A stretch of 64,000 bases of DNA from Chiloscyllium plagiosum (GCF_004010195.1 NC_057747.1:27564727-27628726), one strand, 5' to 3'. Positions 37,926-51,344 are shown, counted from the stretch's first letter. The notes: generated by a model from the sequence alone, not told the origin. Numbers and translations: made by a program.

Positions 37926-39529
37926 ACTAACTCTAGCTACTGTATTGCAATTTTTATTTTTAAAAATTTGAAACTTCATGACATTAAAAAAATCTAATCC
38001 ACCATTTAAATGCTAGAGGAAAAACCAAAATTAATATACGCACTTGCACATTTGGTTATTCTCCCTGCAATCAGACTGACAAGAGCCAAAAGCAAATCAA
38101 CACGACAAGAATTTGGTCTCCAATGAAAGAACTTGCAAACAAGTTATACATTCCATCTGTGTTTTGAAATATTTATCAAGAGTATTAAGTTTGAGCATAT
38201 TGTCAAAAACATGAAATTTGCACTGTATTGACTCTGCACACTTTGGCCCAACAATCAACAAAGACTTGGTAACATTATCCAAATAAATAATCAGGTCAAT
38301 TCTTTTAGAGGAATTAAGTCCTATATCATTTCAAATTCACAATATAAGACAATAATCTTATTACCATTGCTTAACCTCCTGTAGCACAAACATGTCACAG
38401 CTGAAGTAGTTACCAAAATTACCTCATTCCCCCCCCCCCCCACTGTAATGCATCAGTTTCTGTCAATATTTGTTTATAACTAAATTAAAACACCTCTGAA
38501 TCAGTGAATGCTTAATTCAGTAAATTCAAGTATGCGTAGTCAAAAATTTTGAATTAAAAGTAGCATTTCACAGCTTCAGCTTGAGATGCATTTTGAATGT
38601 CTTCAATTACTAAAACAACATGAGTACTCTTGTTCAGAACAAACACAGCTATTAAATGGGTGCATAGAGCCCTATGCTGAAGTGCATGAAATTGGTCCAA
38701 ACCTAAACTGGATTAACCACTGGTAAAAGTAGCCCTTACTGGATCCTGCCTCTTTCACCATTTTTAAAATTGCTGGAATAATAAGCTCAAAAAAGGATAT
38801 ATTTCCATTAAAACTTGAATGGAGGTTCGAAATGCCTTCTGTTTAACAATTTTGACGCTCAATGTACCAGTAATGTTTTCAGTTTCCAAATCATAGTTCA
38901 GTTTATACTGTACCTCTAATGGCGCATTAAACACATGCAACCAACCACTGCAGCAGTATTGCTGGCAGGTCCTAAGTCTGTAATAACAGTCTAAATTGTT
39001 GATTAGTTCTACAGACGCAGAATAAGTACGTTCATGAGGATTTTTCATTATTTATAATTACAAATCCCCAAAGACTTATTACTGTCTGGTTAAACATGTT
39101 TCTTTTGTACTGAGCAAGCCAATAATCTACGACTGGTAACATCTGTGTTACAAGCAATTCCAAGAGTTGATAGGTCTCAATATTAAGCTCTGTCCAGCAA
39201 CATGGTAGGGCCCACAGTTACATTTTCAAACTCAGAAGTCACACGACACCAGGCTATAATCCAACAGGATTATTTGAAATCACACGCTTTCAGAGCACTA
39301 CTCCTTTGTCAGGTGGAGAGAAGCACTCAGGCATCATCTTATTTTTGATTATTTGTAGAAGGGTCTGTTTCCATGTTGTACATCTCTATGACTATCTCTC
39401 TACATTAATGTGTTCATAGGCCATCCTTTTATTTGTTATTCAGCTGTTGACACTTTACTCACACCGTTTGACACTTTTGATCACCTGCAAAAGCGATCAG
39501 CCTGTCAGCACGCCACTCACACTATTTAC

Positions 39530-42500
39530 CTATGTGCTCACAAGTCGTGGTTCAAGTAAGTACCAATGACACAAGTAGAAAGAAGGACAGGGATGTAAGG
39601 CAGGATTTCAGGGAGCTAGGGTGGAAGCTGAGAGCTAGAACAAATATAGTTGTTATCTCTGGTTTGTTATCCATGCCATGTGATAGCAAGGCGAGGAACA
39701 GGGAGAGATATCAGCTGAACACGTGGCTGCAGGAATAATGCAGGAAGGAGGGTTTCAGGTACATGGATAATTAGGGCTCATTCTGGAGAAGGTGGCACCT
39801 CTCCAACAGAACGATCTTCACTTGAACCAGAGGGATACTAATATCCTGGGTGGGAAATTTGCTTGTGCTATTCGGGTGGGTTTAAACTAGCTCAGCAGAG
39901 GGATGGGAACCAGTGGTGTAGTTCCAGTGCACAGGAGGATAGGAGTAGGGAGGACAGGGACAGGCTTTCAGTCACAGGACTGTGCTGGCAGACAGCAAGC
40001 TGGTTTGAAGTGTGTAGGTGAGTTTGAAACATGGATAGGTATGGGACTTCGATATTGTGGCCATTTCGGAGACATGGATAGGGCAGGGTCAGGAATGGAT
40101 GTAGCAGGTTCCAGGGTTTAGATCTTTCATTAAGGTGGTAAAAAGAGGATGTGTGGCTTCGTTAGTCAAGGACAGTGTAATGGTGGCTGAAGGAACTTTT
40201 GACGAGGACTGGTCTCCTGAGGTGATAATGGCTGAGGTTAGAAACAGGAGAGGAGACGTCACACTGCTGGGAGTTCTTTTTTTTCATAGGGCTCCACAAA
40301 ATTCCAGGGAGGTGGAGGAGAGGATAGGGTAGGAGTGAAAGGAACCAGGGTGGTTATTATGGGGGACTTTAGCTTCCCCAACATTGACTGGAAACACTAT
40401 AAATCTAATACGTTGGATGGATCAGCTTTTGTCCAAAGTGTACAGGAGGGTTTCCTGACACAGTGTCGAAGGGCCGACAAGAGCGGAAGCCACACTGGAT
40501 CTGGTGTTTGGTAATGAACCAGGCCAGGTGTTTGATTTAGTGGTAAGTGAGCACTTTGGACAGAGTACCATAATTTGGTTACATTTAGTGATGGAAAGGG
40601 ATAGGTACATACCACAAGGCAAGAGTAAAAGACAGTGAGGGGGGGGAGCAATTGTAATGTGATTAGGCAAGACTTAGGAAGCATAGAATGGGGTAGCAAA
40701 ATGCAGGGGATAGGGATAATCAAAGTGTGGACCTGGTTTAAGGAAGTGATGTTGCATGTCCTTGATAGGTATGTCCCTGTCAGGCAGGGAGAAAGTGATA
40801 AGGTAAGGGAACTTCAGGTTTACTGAAGAAATTGTATCTCTTGTTAAGTGGAAGAGGGAGGCTTGTGATATTGAGACTAGATGGTTCAGATGAGGCAATG
40901 GAGAGAGAGTTACAGATTAGCTAGGAAGGATTTAAAGAGAGAGTTAAGACGACCAAGTAGGGGACATGAGCAGTCTTTAGCAGGTTGAATAAAGGAGGCC
41001 GTGAAAGCTTTCTATAGGTATGTGAGGAATAAAAGGATGACTGGGTAGGAATAGGGCCCATCAAAGACAGAAGTGGGAAGTTGTGTGTGGAGCGTGTGGA
41101 GATCAGAGAGATGATAAATGAATATTTCTCATCTATTTTCACTCAAAAAAAGGAGAATATTGCAGAGGGGAAGACTGAGATACGAGCTATTAGACTAGGA
41201 AGGATTGAGGTTAGTACAGAGAATGTGTTATCAATTTGAGAAGGTGTGAAAGTAGAAAAGTCCCCTGGGCTGGATGGGATTTATCAGAGGATTCTCTGGG
41301 AAGCTAGGGAGAAGATGGCAGAGCCTTTGGCCTTGATCTTTGAGTCATCATTGTCTACAGGTTTAGTACCACAGGATTGGAGGATTGCAAATGTTATGGC
41401 TTTGTTCAAGAAGGGCAGCAGAGATGACCCAGATAATTACAGACCAGTGAGTCTTACGTCTGTTGTAGGAAAAGTTTTGGAAAGGATTATATGAAATAGA
41501 ATTTATAAGCATCTAGCAAGAAACAATTTAATTGGAGATAGTCAACATGGTTTTCGTCAAGGGCAGATCATGTCTCACAAACCTCTGATTTGGAGATGCC
41601 AGTGTTGGACTGGGGTGTACAACCACAACCACCTGATGAAGGAGTGGCACTCCGAAAGCTAGTGCTTTCAATTAAACCTGTTGGACTATAACCTGGTGTT
41701 GTGTGATTTTTAACTTTGTAAACCTCATTGAGTTTTTTTGAGAAGCTGAGCAAGCATATGGGTAGGGCAGTTGACGTGGTGTACATGGACTTCAGTGAAG
41801 CCTCTGATAAGGTTCCAGATGGTAGGCTTTTGGAGAAAGTGCAGTGGCATGGGATGGAGGGTGATTTAGCAGTTTGGATTAGAAATTGGCTTTCTACAAG
41901 GCAGCAGCGAGGGATGATTGATGGAAAATATACAGCCTGGAGTCCGGTGTGCCAGAAGGATCTGTTTTGGGACCACTGCTGTTTGTCATTTTTATAAATG
42001 ACACGGATGCAGGCATAGGTGGATGGGTTAGTAAGTTTGCAGATGACACTAAAGTAGGTGGTGTGGTGGACAGTGTGGAAGAATGTTGCAGCTTACAGGG
42101 GGACTTGGATAAACTGCAAAATTGGGCTGAGGGGTGGCAAAAGGAGTTCAATGCAGATAAATGTGAGGTGATGCACTTTGGGAAGAATAACAGGAAGGCA
42201 GAATACTGGGTCAATGGAAAGATTCTTGGTAGTGTGGATGTGCAGAGAGATCTTGGTATCCATGTACACAGATCCGTGAAAGCTGCCACCCAGGTTGATA
42301 GTGCTGTTAAGAAGGCATACAATGTGTTAGGTTTTACTGGTAGAGGGATTGAGTTCCTAAGCCATGATGTCAAGCTGCAATTGTACAGAACGCTAGTGCA
42401 GCCTCACTTGGAATATTGTGTACAGTTCTGGTCGCTCCAGAAGGATGTGGAAGCATTAGAAAAAGGTAAGAGGAGATTTACCAGGACGTTGCCTGCTCTG

Positions 42501-42923
42501 GAGCAAAGGTCTTATGAGGAAAGGCTGAGGGACCTGGGTCTGTTCTCATTGGAGAGAAAGCGGCTGAGGGAATTTAATAGAGACATACAAGATGATCAGA
42601 GGATTATATAGGATGGGCAGTGAGAGTCGATTTCCTGGGATAATGACGTCGGCTTGTACGAGGGGACAAAGCTGCAAATTGAATGGTGATAGATTTAAGA
42701 GATGTCAGAGGCAGGTTCTTTACTCAGAGAGTGGCAAGGGCATGGAATGCCCTGCCTGCCAATGTAGTGAACTCAGCCACATTAGGGGTATTTAAAAAGT
42801 CTTTGGATAAGCAGATGGATGATGATGGGATAGTGTAGGGGAATGGGCTTAGATTAGCTCACAGGTCGGTGCAATATCGAGGGCCGAAGGGGCTGTTCTG
42901 CGCGATATTGTTCTATGTTCTAT
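39530..42923 (+). mobile_element. Long CR1-type LINE: ORF1 esterase-like remnant, APE endonuclease, RT and 3' end, all disrupted
   Basis: VVVQVSTNDT...VVISGLL...LNTWLQE (SGNH-type ORF1 domain), IMGDFSFPNIDW (endonuclease), PEGSVLGPLLF / SKFADDTK (RT), TTCTATGTTCTAT tail. Confidence 0.93.
41586..41719. mobile_element. Family-B PLE-terminus insertion with an intact hammerhead-like core, inside the CR1 RT
   Basis: CAC-CUGAUGA-A-[GGAGU ggc ACUCC]-GAAA-GCUA^-GUG; 7-bp TSD AAACCTC at 41579-41585 and 41720-41726; removing it restores GRSCLTNLIEFF. Confidence 0.85.
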
Positions 42924-43329
42924 TTATACTTACCTGTTAACACTCTTATTTACCTGAAATTACCTTGCCATTATCTCTCTGCCTATATATTCTGTGCCTG
43001 TGCGCTTCCATCCACTTTGCTTGATGAAGGAGCATTGCTCTAAAAGCTCAAATAAACCTGTTGGACGGTAACCTGCTGTCATGAGATTTGTGACTTTGTC
43101 CAACCCAGTCCAACACTAGCACCTCCACATCACAGTTCAGGTGTCATTGGAGAGGAGTTCAAAAAATAGAGGCAGAAACTGAAGGTCAGTAAGCATTTCA
43201 AGACAAAGAGTAGACTCCATGTTAGAATAGCTGACTTTTAGTTGCATTGCAGGGAAGGCAATTCAACTTTTCAAGGTCTGTGGGGAGGATACAATGAGTA
43301 AATCCCAAGAACACCGAACAAACTGCAAT

Positions 43330-44410
43330 ATGTCAGGTTAGGATGGTGCGTGGCTTGGAGGGGAATTTGCAAGTTATGGACTCCCCACATATCTGATGCC
43401 CTTGTCCCTTTAGATGGTAGCAATTGTGGTTGTGGAAGGTGCTGTTCCTGTAGTGCAGCTTCGGGATATTAACGGCAGTGTGCTCTGAGGGTCAGTGCTG
43501 GATACAGTGAATTTGGATATGTTATCAATCAAGCAGGCGACATTGTCCAGGATGGACATTGTCAACTTCAAACATTGTGGGGGGTTGCACTCATCCAGGG
43601 AAGTGAGATATATTCCACCACACTCCTGACTTGTACCTTAAAGATAGTTGACAGGCTTTAGGGAGTCAGGAGTTACTCGCTGCAGGATTCGTAGCCTCTG
43701 GCCTCTCCTTGCAACCACAGCATTTGTATGGCTGGTCCAGTTCAGCTTCTGATCAATGGTAACCCCTCCATCATGGTAGCATCGGAAACTTTGGCAATGG
43801 TAGTGCCATTGAACATCTAGTCCAACAGTTAGATTGTGTCATTGGAAATGGCCATTGTCTGACACTTGCATGGCATGAATGTTACTTGGCATTTGTCAAT
43901 CCTGTCCTGGATATTTTGTTGCTTTTCGACATGGACTATTTCAGAGGAATCACAAGAGGAGTTGGAAATTATGCAATCAGCAGCAAACGTTTTGACAATG
44001 TGATGAGGGAAGGTCAAACATAGAACACAGAACAGCAGGACACAGGAACAGGCCCTTTGGCCTATCAAGTCTGTGCTGACTACGATGCCATTCTAACCTA
44101 ATCCCATCTGCATGCACATCGTCTACGTCCCTCAATTCCCTGCCTGCTCATGTATCTATCTAAATACCTCTTAAACTTATTATTGATGAAGGAGCTGAAG
44201 GTGTTGGGCCAAGGACAATATTCTGAACAACTCCTGCAGACAGACAGGCTGAAGCTGAGATGACTGAACTCCAACATCGGTCTTTGTGCGCGAATCATCT
44301 TCAATTGGCAGAGAGTTATCTCTGATTCCTATTGATTCTAGATTTATGAAAGATCCCCATCAAAAATGCGGCCTTCACAGTAATGTCATTCATCTCATTT
44401 CTGGAATTCT
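43330..44410 (-). mobile_element. Second-family LINE fragment with a nested CR1 3' end (about 44015-44180)
   Basis: Track ORF 43829..44068 (DKCQVTFMPCKCQTMAISN); reverse-complement match to 53500-54100. Confidence 0.7.
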
Positions 44411-47400
44411 GTTTCAAATCTAGGGGAATTGTGGAATCACAAAAAGAAGGCGATCAGCTAGAACAGAAGCAGTTGTTGAGGCAGGCCATGATTGAAGGGC
44501 TCAAGATTGAGTTTCACGGTCAGATCAGCAAAAGTGGAGAACAGTAATTCCTTGTGAAGTTTAGTGAGATTTGATGACTCAACATTTCTTTAATGTTTCA
44601 GGAAGTTACTGAGACATCAGTGAGATCTGTCTTGATTGCATTTGCCACTTTGTGTTTTGTGGGTGTTTGATCACAGTATGTTATCCATCAGTACCATGTT
44701 AATTCTGGGTTGCAGAAATAAGTTGTACATTTATTGTGGCCTGTTTTACCTTGCTAAGTACAAGGTTAAGTCAAAACTGTGAAATTTTGTGGCTTTATTC
44801 TCTTACTGAGTCTCCTGGATCTCACCTTCTGCCTATTTTAAAAATAAGGATTACTAGTCTCGAACTAGATCATAAAATAATTTGGTGATTTTGTCCATGA
44901 TCATAACATACATTTGGCAATCTGGTCTGAGACCACAGCACAAAGGTGGTGGTCTCACACAAGATCATTATACTGATGTGTTGACATTCCTCAGGCTGCT
45001 GCCTCTGAGACAACAATCCCCTCCAATCACAACCTAATTTACTTGTTACTCTTTTGATAAACAGCTAATGCGGTGCTCTCTCTGGAAGTAGTCCAAGAAA
45101 GTAGTCCCTTCCTCAGACATGCACAGCCTCCAGGAGAAGTCACCATTCTCATTACCCTGACAGAAAGAAAGTTTGGCAGTTTTGGTATGATCTGTGGAGA
45201 CAGAATTACATTTCACAGTTTGAGTCCACTGTAACTCTTCTTTGCACCATGGTCAGTGTTCTCAATTTATTTAGTCTGCCAAATGAGCAGTGACAAAAAA
45301 ATGCGAGAGATAAATGGTGGGACAAGTTGTATATCAAGTTTGAGAGATTAAATTGGTGAGCTAGAAAGCAGAGTTTAGAAATCAGTGGCCATCACAATGG
45401 CAGTCTGCTTCCAATTTTATCAAAACAGAGAGAAAACACCAGAAAACCCAGTAAATCTTGGAAGTGCATGGCTCAATTAGCATCAAGAAAAATATGCTGA
45501 TAAACTATGCCCATAAGATGTCACAATTTACAGATCCTGATCAGACTGCTGTTAAGCACAGTCATAAGAGCTTTACAGCACAAAAAAAAGGCCCTTTAAC
45601 CTATCATGTCTGCACTAATCATCAAGCACCCATCGACTGTGTGCCATTTTCCAACACTTGGCCTGAAACCTTGTATGTTACACTGCTTCTCACCTAAATA
45701 CTTTTTAATGTTGTCAGGGTTCCTGCCTCTATCACCCTTTCAGGTAGTGGGTTTCATATACCCACCACCCCGTAGATGAAAAAAACCCTTTAAAATATTC
45801 AAGGATTCTGTTTCCACCAACTTTTCAGCAAGAGAATTCCAAAGGCTCTCAACCTTCAGAGGTTTGTTCGCGTCATCTTTTTTAAACAGGTGATCATGAT
45901 TTTTAAATAATGACCCCTCGTTCTAGATTCTCTCACAAGAGGAAACATCCTCAGCACATATACCCTGCCAAGATACCTCATGTTTCACTCAATTTACTTT
46001 GATTCCGTCTTGAAAGTTTCAGTGTCAGATGAGGACAGAATGGAGTCAGTTATATATCCTTCTATTGTTGAATATATGTGTCCCCCCATGCCATCATTGA
46101 CAAGTGAGAGATTGAGGAAGGAGTGCAGTCACTGAGCCAACCTGACAACATTCTGCACAGTGTCCTGGTAGAGGCAAATCAGTTTATTGACCAATGCATT
46201 TATCCTCTAATTGGTGAGCACCTGTTATGAATATAGACACAAACACATGAATAAAATTAAAGGAATAAAATCTCCTTACAGGATCAACATATTCAGGAAT
46301 AATAATCTCTGCTGACCAATAATAAAACAAAATCACATCAGTTAAATAAATGATGTAACATTAGTTTACACAAACTTGGAAAAGAATTGACAGTCACTTC
46401 TGTTGCCATGTATCAACTGATTATAAAAGCTATTATAACTAGTGATCTCAGATTAACTGGGACACAACGCCACAGGCGTGAAATCAATAACAACCAAGGT
46501 TACCATACCATAGTGCAGCTTCTGTCACTTGTCAAATTTAAAATTAAAATTTCTGCGACACAACTTGTACCACAACTAATTAATGAGAGACCATTTATAG
46601 CACACAGTGCTCAAGTCATTCTGCAGACAAGCTCTGATGGAAGCAATGCGAAAAAATACGAAAGGTGGGACAACTAAAATGTATCACTAAAAGCATACTA
46701 TGTGTAATTTTTTAAAAAGGCTTCATTATTCTTGCAGATACACTCTAAGTTTCCATTCAGTGTCAAGAGCAACTATCCTTTGGCAGATGTTATCATCCAA
46801 AATTAGTCTTCTCATTATTTAACTACTAGTATCAACTATTCCAATATAGCAGCATCCCATAAACACACCCTTGGCAAATTCAGCAAAACAGATTTTCCTC
46901 ACGCATTGTTATCTGCCTTCCACATCAGGAGAAAGGAACACTGAAAGAGACAATGGAGCAGCAGAGAGAGAACTCAAGCTTTTTGCTGCAGCACTACAAA
47001 AGAGCTGTGTCTGTCAACTTCAACAGCCAACTCCAATCCCCAAGTGAAAGCAAAGCTAAAACCCTGGGTCTGTGTGAGCCTGATTCCACCTACTCATGCT
47101 TCTTTAGTCTAACAAAAAAAACACTCTGGGAGCTCAAAGCTATTTATCCACAGCTTCTGAAGCAAACACTCTGGCAGCACTGTGGCAACATCTCTCTGCA
47201 ACAGAAACAGCCAAGAATAACTCTCTCAAAGGCACACTCTCTCAAAATCACAAGACCACAAAAGAGACCATTAGGAGGGTGACTTTGTGCAAATGGGGAT
47301 TTAGACCTCAAGCCGGCAGAGTAGATTGTTGCACAACATGTGCCGATCCAGTCCTTGCTGTCTGATCTCCACAGTCAGCCTCACAGCCAATCACACTGAA

Positions 47401-48009
47401 GGGATGCTCCAAAGACGTGTTGATATTTTGACAGGGCTTGACTTCAAATGCGACAGTGTTCAGCTACCACTGCTGTCAAGCATGGAGCTCCACCTCTTCT
47501 CAGCAAACCTTGAACTAGTTGAGCATCCACTGACAGCCAGGCAGGAGGGAAGGTTTCACCAGGGAAGAGGCTGAGTCTTGTGCAGCACAACAGAGATTTG
47601 CTCTATAATGAAGGTGAAATTTGGCCAGGTAGAAGGGTCATGCCGAATTGACATAGGAGCAGTGTCAACTATGACTCAACACTTATTTCCTGAGCATTTT
47701 GCTGAGTAGTGAGAGCAGAGTGATAGCTCTTTCCTCATTCTGCTTCGTAGAAGACAGACATCCTCTATTACGGTTATATTGAGTTGTTCTGACATGCTGT
47801 TCATCACACTCTGGTGTTTCTGGAGTCTCATGTTCCGATTGATACTTCAGCAAATGTAAGAAATTTGAAATTACACATGGTTTTGGGGTCAAACATGTTA
47901 TGAAATATCTGGGTGTCAATGGAAAGCATGTGTGGTGACTGCAATGAGCTGCATATCACAGGGTCAGCTGGTGGAGCTCAAAAGTCTTTGACACTGCTCT
48001 CTGCACTCA

Positions 48010-48172
48010 AGGGAGAAAGTGAGGTCTGCAGATGCTGGAGATCAGAGCTGAAAATGTGTTGCTGGAAAAGCGCAGCAGGTCAGGCAGCATCCAGGGAACA
48101 GGAGAATCGACGTTTCGGGCATAAGTCCTTCTTCAGGAATCCTGGAGAAGGGCTTATGCCCGAAACGTCGAT
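48010..48172. mobile_element. Young family-A palindromic PLE-terminus insertion
   Basis: Near-identical to 31562-31788 with a shorter right arm; fold-back centre CAGGA-A-TCCTG; 12-bp TSD TCTCTGCACTCA at 47998-48009 and 48173-48184. Confidence 0.9.
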
Positions 48173-48769
48173 TCTCTGCACTCAGGGTCTAACAACGTAT
48201 ATGGAACCTTTGAAGGAGCAGGAAATCAGGCAGTTCTTTTAACTGCCCAATCAATCACTGTTCTCAAATGTTCATGCCAGCATGAACTGATTAACATCAG
48301 TCTCCAATGAAGTATCATCTGTGACATGTGACAGAGCTCCCATTTTTCTAGTTCTGGGAGCTGCTCACATCACTATGGCGTAAAATGGGGAGGGTACTCA
48401 GTCAGATGGCTCATTTCAACAAAGATGCTTATGTCCAACCAAGAATGCCCACAACATTCTTGAACATTCTGCTGTCATGGACAACGAACAAATTGGAGAT
48501 GACATGTCCACTATCACTTCAGAGATGAACATTTTGGCGAGTTGGAGGAGAGCCAAATGAAGAGCTAATTTCTACTCTCACTAGAAGGTTTTTGTTTTAT
48601 TATTCAGAGGGTTGTGAATGTTTGGAATTCTCTTGTCTGCAGGGCTACGGAAACTCAATTATTGAGTTTGTTGACAGTAGGAATGGACACGTTTCTAAGC
48701 ATTAAAAACAAAGGGATTTGGGGATAATGTGAGGAAAAAGGCATTGAAGTGTATGATCATTCATGATAC

Positions 48770-50600
48770 AAAGACACAGAAAATAGGAGGAGTAAGCCAT
48801 CAGCCCTTCAAGCCTGCTCTGCCATTAATTATGATCATAATTCATCATCTACTCAAATGCCTGTTCCTCCTCTTCCCATTATCTTTTGTTCCCTTTAGCC
48901 TCAAGTGGTATTTTCAAATCATGCTTCAAATCTTACAACGTTTTGACCTCAACTGCTTTCTATGGTAGTAAATTCCATAGGCTCACCACTCTCTGGATGA
49001 ATAAATTTCTTCTAATCTCAGTCCAAAAAGATTCACTCCGTTTCCTTAGACTGTGACCTCTGTTTTTGGACTCCCTCATCATCGGGAACATGTATCCTGT
49101 ATCTAGCCTGTCTCGTCCTGCTAGAATTTTATGGGTTTCTATGTGATCCCCCTCATTCTTCTCAACTTCAGCAAACATAATCCTAACCAATGTAACCACT
49201 TTTCATACTTCAGTCTTACCATCCCAAGAATCAGTCTGGTAAATCTTTGATGCACACCTCTGCCGCAAGAATCAGATAAGGATCCCAAAATAGCACACGA
49301 TATTGGAGGTTTGGTCTCACCAAGGCCATGTATAATCGCAGCAAGATATCCCTCCTCTTGTACTTAAATCCTCTCACCATGAAGGCCAGCATACTGTTTG
49401 TCTTTACTGCTTGCTGCATCTACATACTCATCATCAGTGACTGATGTAAAAGATCTTGTGGCACATTGATTATAAATTAAGAGAGGACATTCAGATAATC
49501 ATCACCTGTCTGCTTTTGCTCGCAACTGGATAACCTCATGTTTATCCACATCATGCTGCACGTGCTATGCATTTGCCCACTCAGCTGGTCCAAATCACAC
49601 TGAAGCAAGTCTGCACCTTTCTCATAGCTCATTCTCCCACCCAGCTTTGTGTCCTGCAGACTTGGAGATATTACATCCAGTTCCCTCATCTAAATAATTA
49701 ATATGTATTATGAATAGCTGAGATCTGAGCATTGATCCCTTTGGCACAACGCTAGTCTCTCCCTGCCATTTGGGAAATGACCTAATTATTCTAACACTGT
49801 GTTTCCTTTTTGTCAACCAATATTCTAGTTCAATACACTACCCCCAATACACGCGTTTTAACTTTACATGCTACTCTCTTATGTGGGACTTTGTTGAAAG
49901 CCTTCCAAAGCCCAAATAAACCATATCTACTCGCTCATCCTCATTAACTTCACTAGCTACATCCAAGGATTCCCTTAGATATGTCAAACAGGATTTCCCT
50001 TTCTTAAATCAATGCTGACTCTGTCCAACCATACCACTGTTTTCCAAATGCTCAGCTATTAAATCTTTTATAATTGACTCCAGCAATTTTCCCTGGTGTC
50101 AGGCTGACTGATCTATAGTTATATTCCAATCTGTGGGAACTGTTCCAGAGTCTAAACAATCTTGGTAGATCACCACCAATGCATCAGATTCTTTGTGATG
50201 TACATTATCAGAGCCTGGGGATTTTTCTGGCTTCAATCCCATCAATCTAGCCAACATCAGTTCCCTACTAATACAGGTTTCCTTCAGATCCTCCCGCTCA
50301 CTAAATCCTGTGTTCTGCAACAAATTTGTGTTAGTTATCTGCATCCTCTTTGTGAACACAGGACCCAAGGAACGTATTTAGCAGGTCAGCCATTTCTTTG
50401 TTCCCCATTATAAGTTCCACTGTTTCTAACTGCAAGAGAGCTACATTTGTCTCTATCAATTTTTTTCTCTTCACATACTTCTATAAACTTTGACAGTCTG
50501 TTTTTACGCTTCCCATGAGATTACTTTTGTATTCTATTTTCCCATTATCAAGCAATCCCTTTGTCCTCCTTTGCTGAATTTTAAATTGCGCCCACTCAAG
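48770..50600 (-). mobile_element. Decayed CR1-type LINE
   Basis: Track ORFs 50099..50368 (EKSPGSD), 49622..49816 (VPKGSMLRSQLF), 49231..49419 and 48960..49199. Confidence 0.85.
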
Positions 50601-50699
50601 TCTTGACAATCATATTGAATAGTTAGTAGGCATTCATCCCTATGGTTCTGCATTCCCAAGAACAAATCAATTTTCAGGAATGATGATGATATGGATATT

Positions 50700-51150
50700 G
50701 TGGCCTGGTAAATCACAGGATTATGACTAAAAACTTGACCGTTCAGTAAAGCAGCCTTACCGTCAGATCCCACACCATCACTGGGAGAAAATCTGAGAAA
50801 TCCTACAAACGCCTTTGGAGTGAGATGTAATCAAAGATTCATCAGGTCAATACTCATCTTCCACAGTCCTCTTGACGGAGAAGGATGAAAAACTGAGGAT
50901 CTGTGTGAATTACTGGGCATTCAGCATAAAGACTCAAAGATGTTTACCCACTACCTAGGATTGAGAGAAAATTATACATTCCCAAAGATGCGAAGTATTT
51001 CAGACGTCTTGATTTGGTTCTTTGTTGTAATCAGCAACCCAACGCTGAACATGATGCTGAAAAGATGGCATTCTGAACAGATACCAGAGGTCTTTCCCTT
51101 ATACAAGATTGCCATTTAGGCTCTTTAATGTCCCAACCTTCATGCATGTG
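50700..51150 (+). mobile_element. Ty3/Gypsy LTR-retrotransposon reverse-transcriptase relic
   Basis: Ordered, frameshifted motifs KDEKLRICVNY, DVYPLPRIE, AKYFRRLDL, EKMAF, LPFRL (compare Gypsy KDGKLRLCVDY, DAYPLPRIE, AKYFSTLDL, EKTAF, MPFGL). Confidence 0.7.
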
Positions 51151-51344
51151 ATAGATAAGCGTTGTGCCCTTAATTTCCAGTGCTTTCTTGTTTATCTGTG
51201 CAATATATACAGATGTAATACCACATAAATATTGTCCTCCAGGTTTAAACTTAGATTTCCCTTCATATTTACAATACACTGATGCCAGTGCAATAAAAAG
51301 TCCTTGCTTCATAATATTTGGTCCGTCAGCGTGTTCAAATTTCA

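Larger units (their letters stand above)
39235..43132. mobile_element. Old family-B PLE with inverted termini (39235-39320 and 43015-43132), split by the CR1
   Basis: gtcacacgacaccaggctataatccaacagg at the left is the reverse complement of cctgttggacggtaacctgctgtcatgagatttgtgac at the right; decayed TGATGAAGGAGCA..GCTC core at about 43022. Confidence 0.6.

Noticed and set aside
44850-44970. CRISPR-like repeat/spacer pattern
   Set aside because: Units are few, degenerate and irregular, and the context is a vertebrate intron with no cas genes.
47280-48560. Possible Harbinger/Myb-like transposon relic
   Set aside because: Composition looks repeat-like, but I could not recover convincing motifs or termini.
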